A DNA stretch of 63,988 nt, counting the filler, from Octopus bimaculoides (Eukaryota): NCBI RefSeq assembly GCF_001194135.2. It is 5 parts of 5 records of this genome, joined end to end, with 100 filler letters (N's around TTAATTAATTAA, not from the genome) between each part and the next. Parts side by side here need not be neighbours in the genome. Positions count along the whole stretch, not along the records: positions 61,836 to 63,988 come from NW_026347995.1; 4 more parts are not named here. One strand, 5' to 3'. Below are positions 63,058 to 63,988 of this stretch, one piece after another. The translations under genes and the position numbers were made by a program. The notes beneath the pieces were generated by a model that saw nothing but the letters and a program-made list of their open reading frames with translations, searched no databases and had not been told where the DNA came from. How positions within the stretch are numbered: the first letter of the stretch is position 1; each line of letters opens with the position of its first letter.

Positions 63058-63119
63058 ACGTACGTACGTATGCATGTATCGGAATTTCATTATATGGCCG
63101 GAAAGCTTGTTAAACGGTG

Positions 63120-63790
63120 TTGGTATATCTTTTGTCGAATAACCCTCTTATTCAAGTGACAGTAGCTTCCAAAGCTACACGAACTCAATTCTTCGACAAA
63201 TAATATGCCAACACCGTCTAACAAGCTATCCAGCCATACAATTAACTTCCTATAAATACATTACTACTACTCCAAAGTGGACACTGGTCTACATAATACC
63301 CTATCTAGACAGGGCCTGGGAGACCCGATGCAATTCGTCCACATCGGCATATCCGGGAAATCCAGTCGGTATTTCTCAGACAGTTGGAAATGTCTGAGCA
63401 GGTTTGCACCATCTTGTATCCGCTACTTCCACACAGTCCAAAAGTGCCTCTAAGACGGCGTTCCAATCACTACAACTAACACTACAGGTCTGGACGTTCC
63501 TAGGAAAACCTCCAGACGTCTACAGAAATCCAGCTTTCCTGCTCCTGTCAGAGCATAGACTACCACCAGTCTGATTGCAGCCCCGTCACAGCTATTCAAA
63601 TCTAGAACCACTAACTTACCTTCTGAGTCCAAGAACTCAGGCTTGTGCGGAACAACTCTGCGGTTCCGCCTCTCATGCCCTGTTGACATGTAGATGAATA
63701 TATCTCGTATTTACTGAAAGCGGGTATGAAACCTTGTCGGTCGGTGAATCCGGTTTCACTGATGGTCATTACAGTGACGCTTAGTAATCT
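63120..63790 (-). pseudogene. Tx1/L1-clade LINE APE endonuclease relic
   Basis: ISETGF...FLDSEGKLVVLDLNSCDGAAIRLVVVYALTGAGKLDFCRRLEVFLGTSRPVVL, then (frameshift) DWNAVL...LRHFQLSEKYRLDFPDMPMWT...LDRVLCR and a WKL-like motif near 63170. Confidence 0.8.
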
Positions 63791-63988
63791 GAAGTCGGGT
63801 AGTAGATGGCCTTGTTTCCTAGGTGACCCTGGATATATGAATTTATACTACCTACTCTGTGCAACTCCATATTAGATTAAAGTACAGAAGTAGAAAAGGC
63901 TACTTACAGTAATTTAGTCGGCGAGGAGAGAATGGATGTTGCGTCCCTATGGGTATATGTATATATATATATATATATATTTATATAC

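Overview
Eukaryotic, AT-rich, repeat-dominated DNA. The SINE families and microsatellite load look like Octopus, which is an inference from recalled repeat families. No host protein-coding gene, rRNA, tRNA or CRISPR array could be supported. The window is not continuous: four identical 100-bp spacers (N44-TTAATTAATTAA-N44 at about 31.5, 57.1, 59.5 and 61.8 kb) join five scaffolds, and there are many N gaps. Recognisable content: one full-length mariner (TIRs, TA target-site duplications, D,D34D transposase with two stops), two deleted mariners, a Tc1 fragment, mariner, hAT and Tigger-like MITEs, a Helitron Pif1 helicase relic, a roughly 220-bp tandem array resembling Helitron 5' ends, RTE, R4/Dong and Tx1/L1 LINE relics, a Penelope GIY-YIG relic, and many copies of at least four SINE families. 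The most unusual signal is a set of hammerhead-ribozyme-like motifs: six reasonably clear and several decayed, most in elements that abut (TA)n microsatellites. Two related roughly 400-bp near-perfect palindromes (43.3-43.7 kb and 59.7-60.1 kb) carry a hammerhead core in the central loop, and their arms begin close to the predicted cleavage site. Most ORFs in the supplied track are microsatellite or gap artefacts. Boundaries of decayed repeats are approximate.
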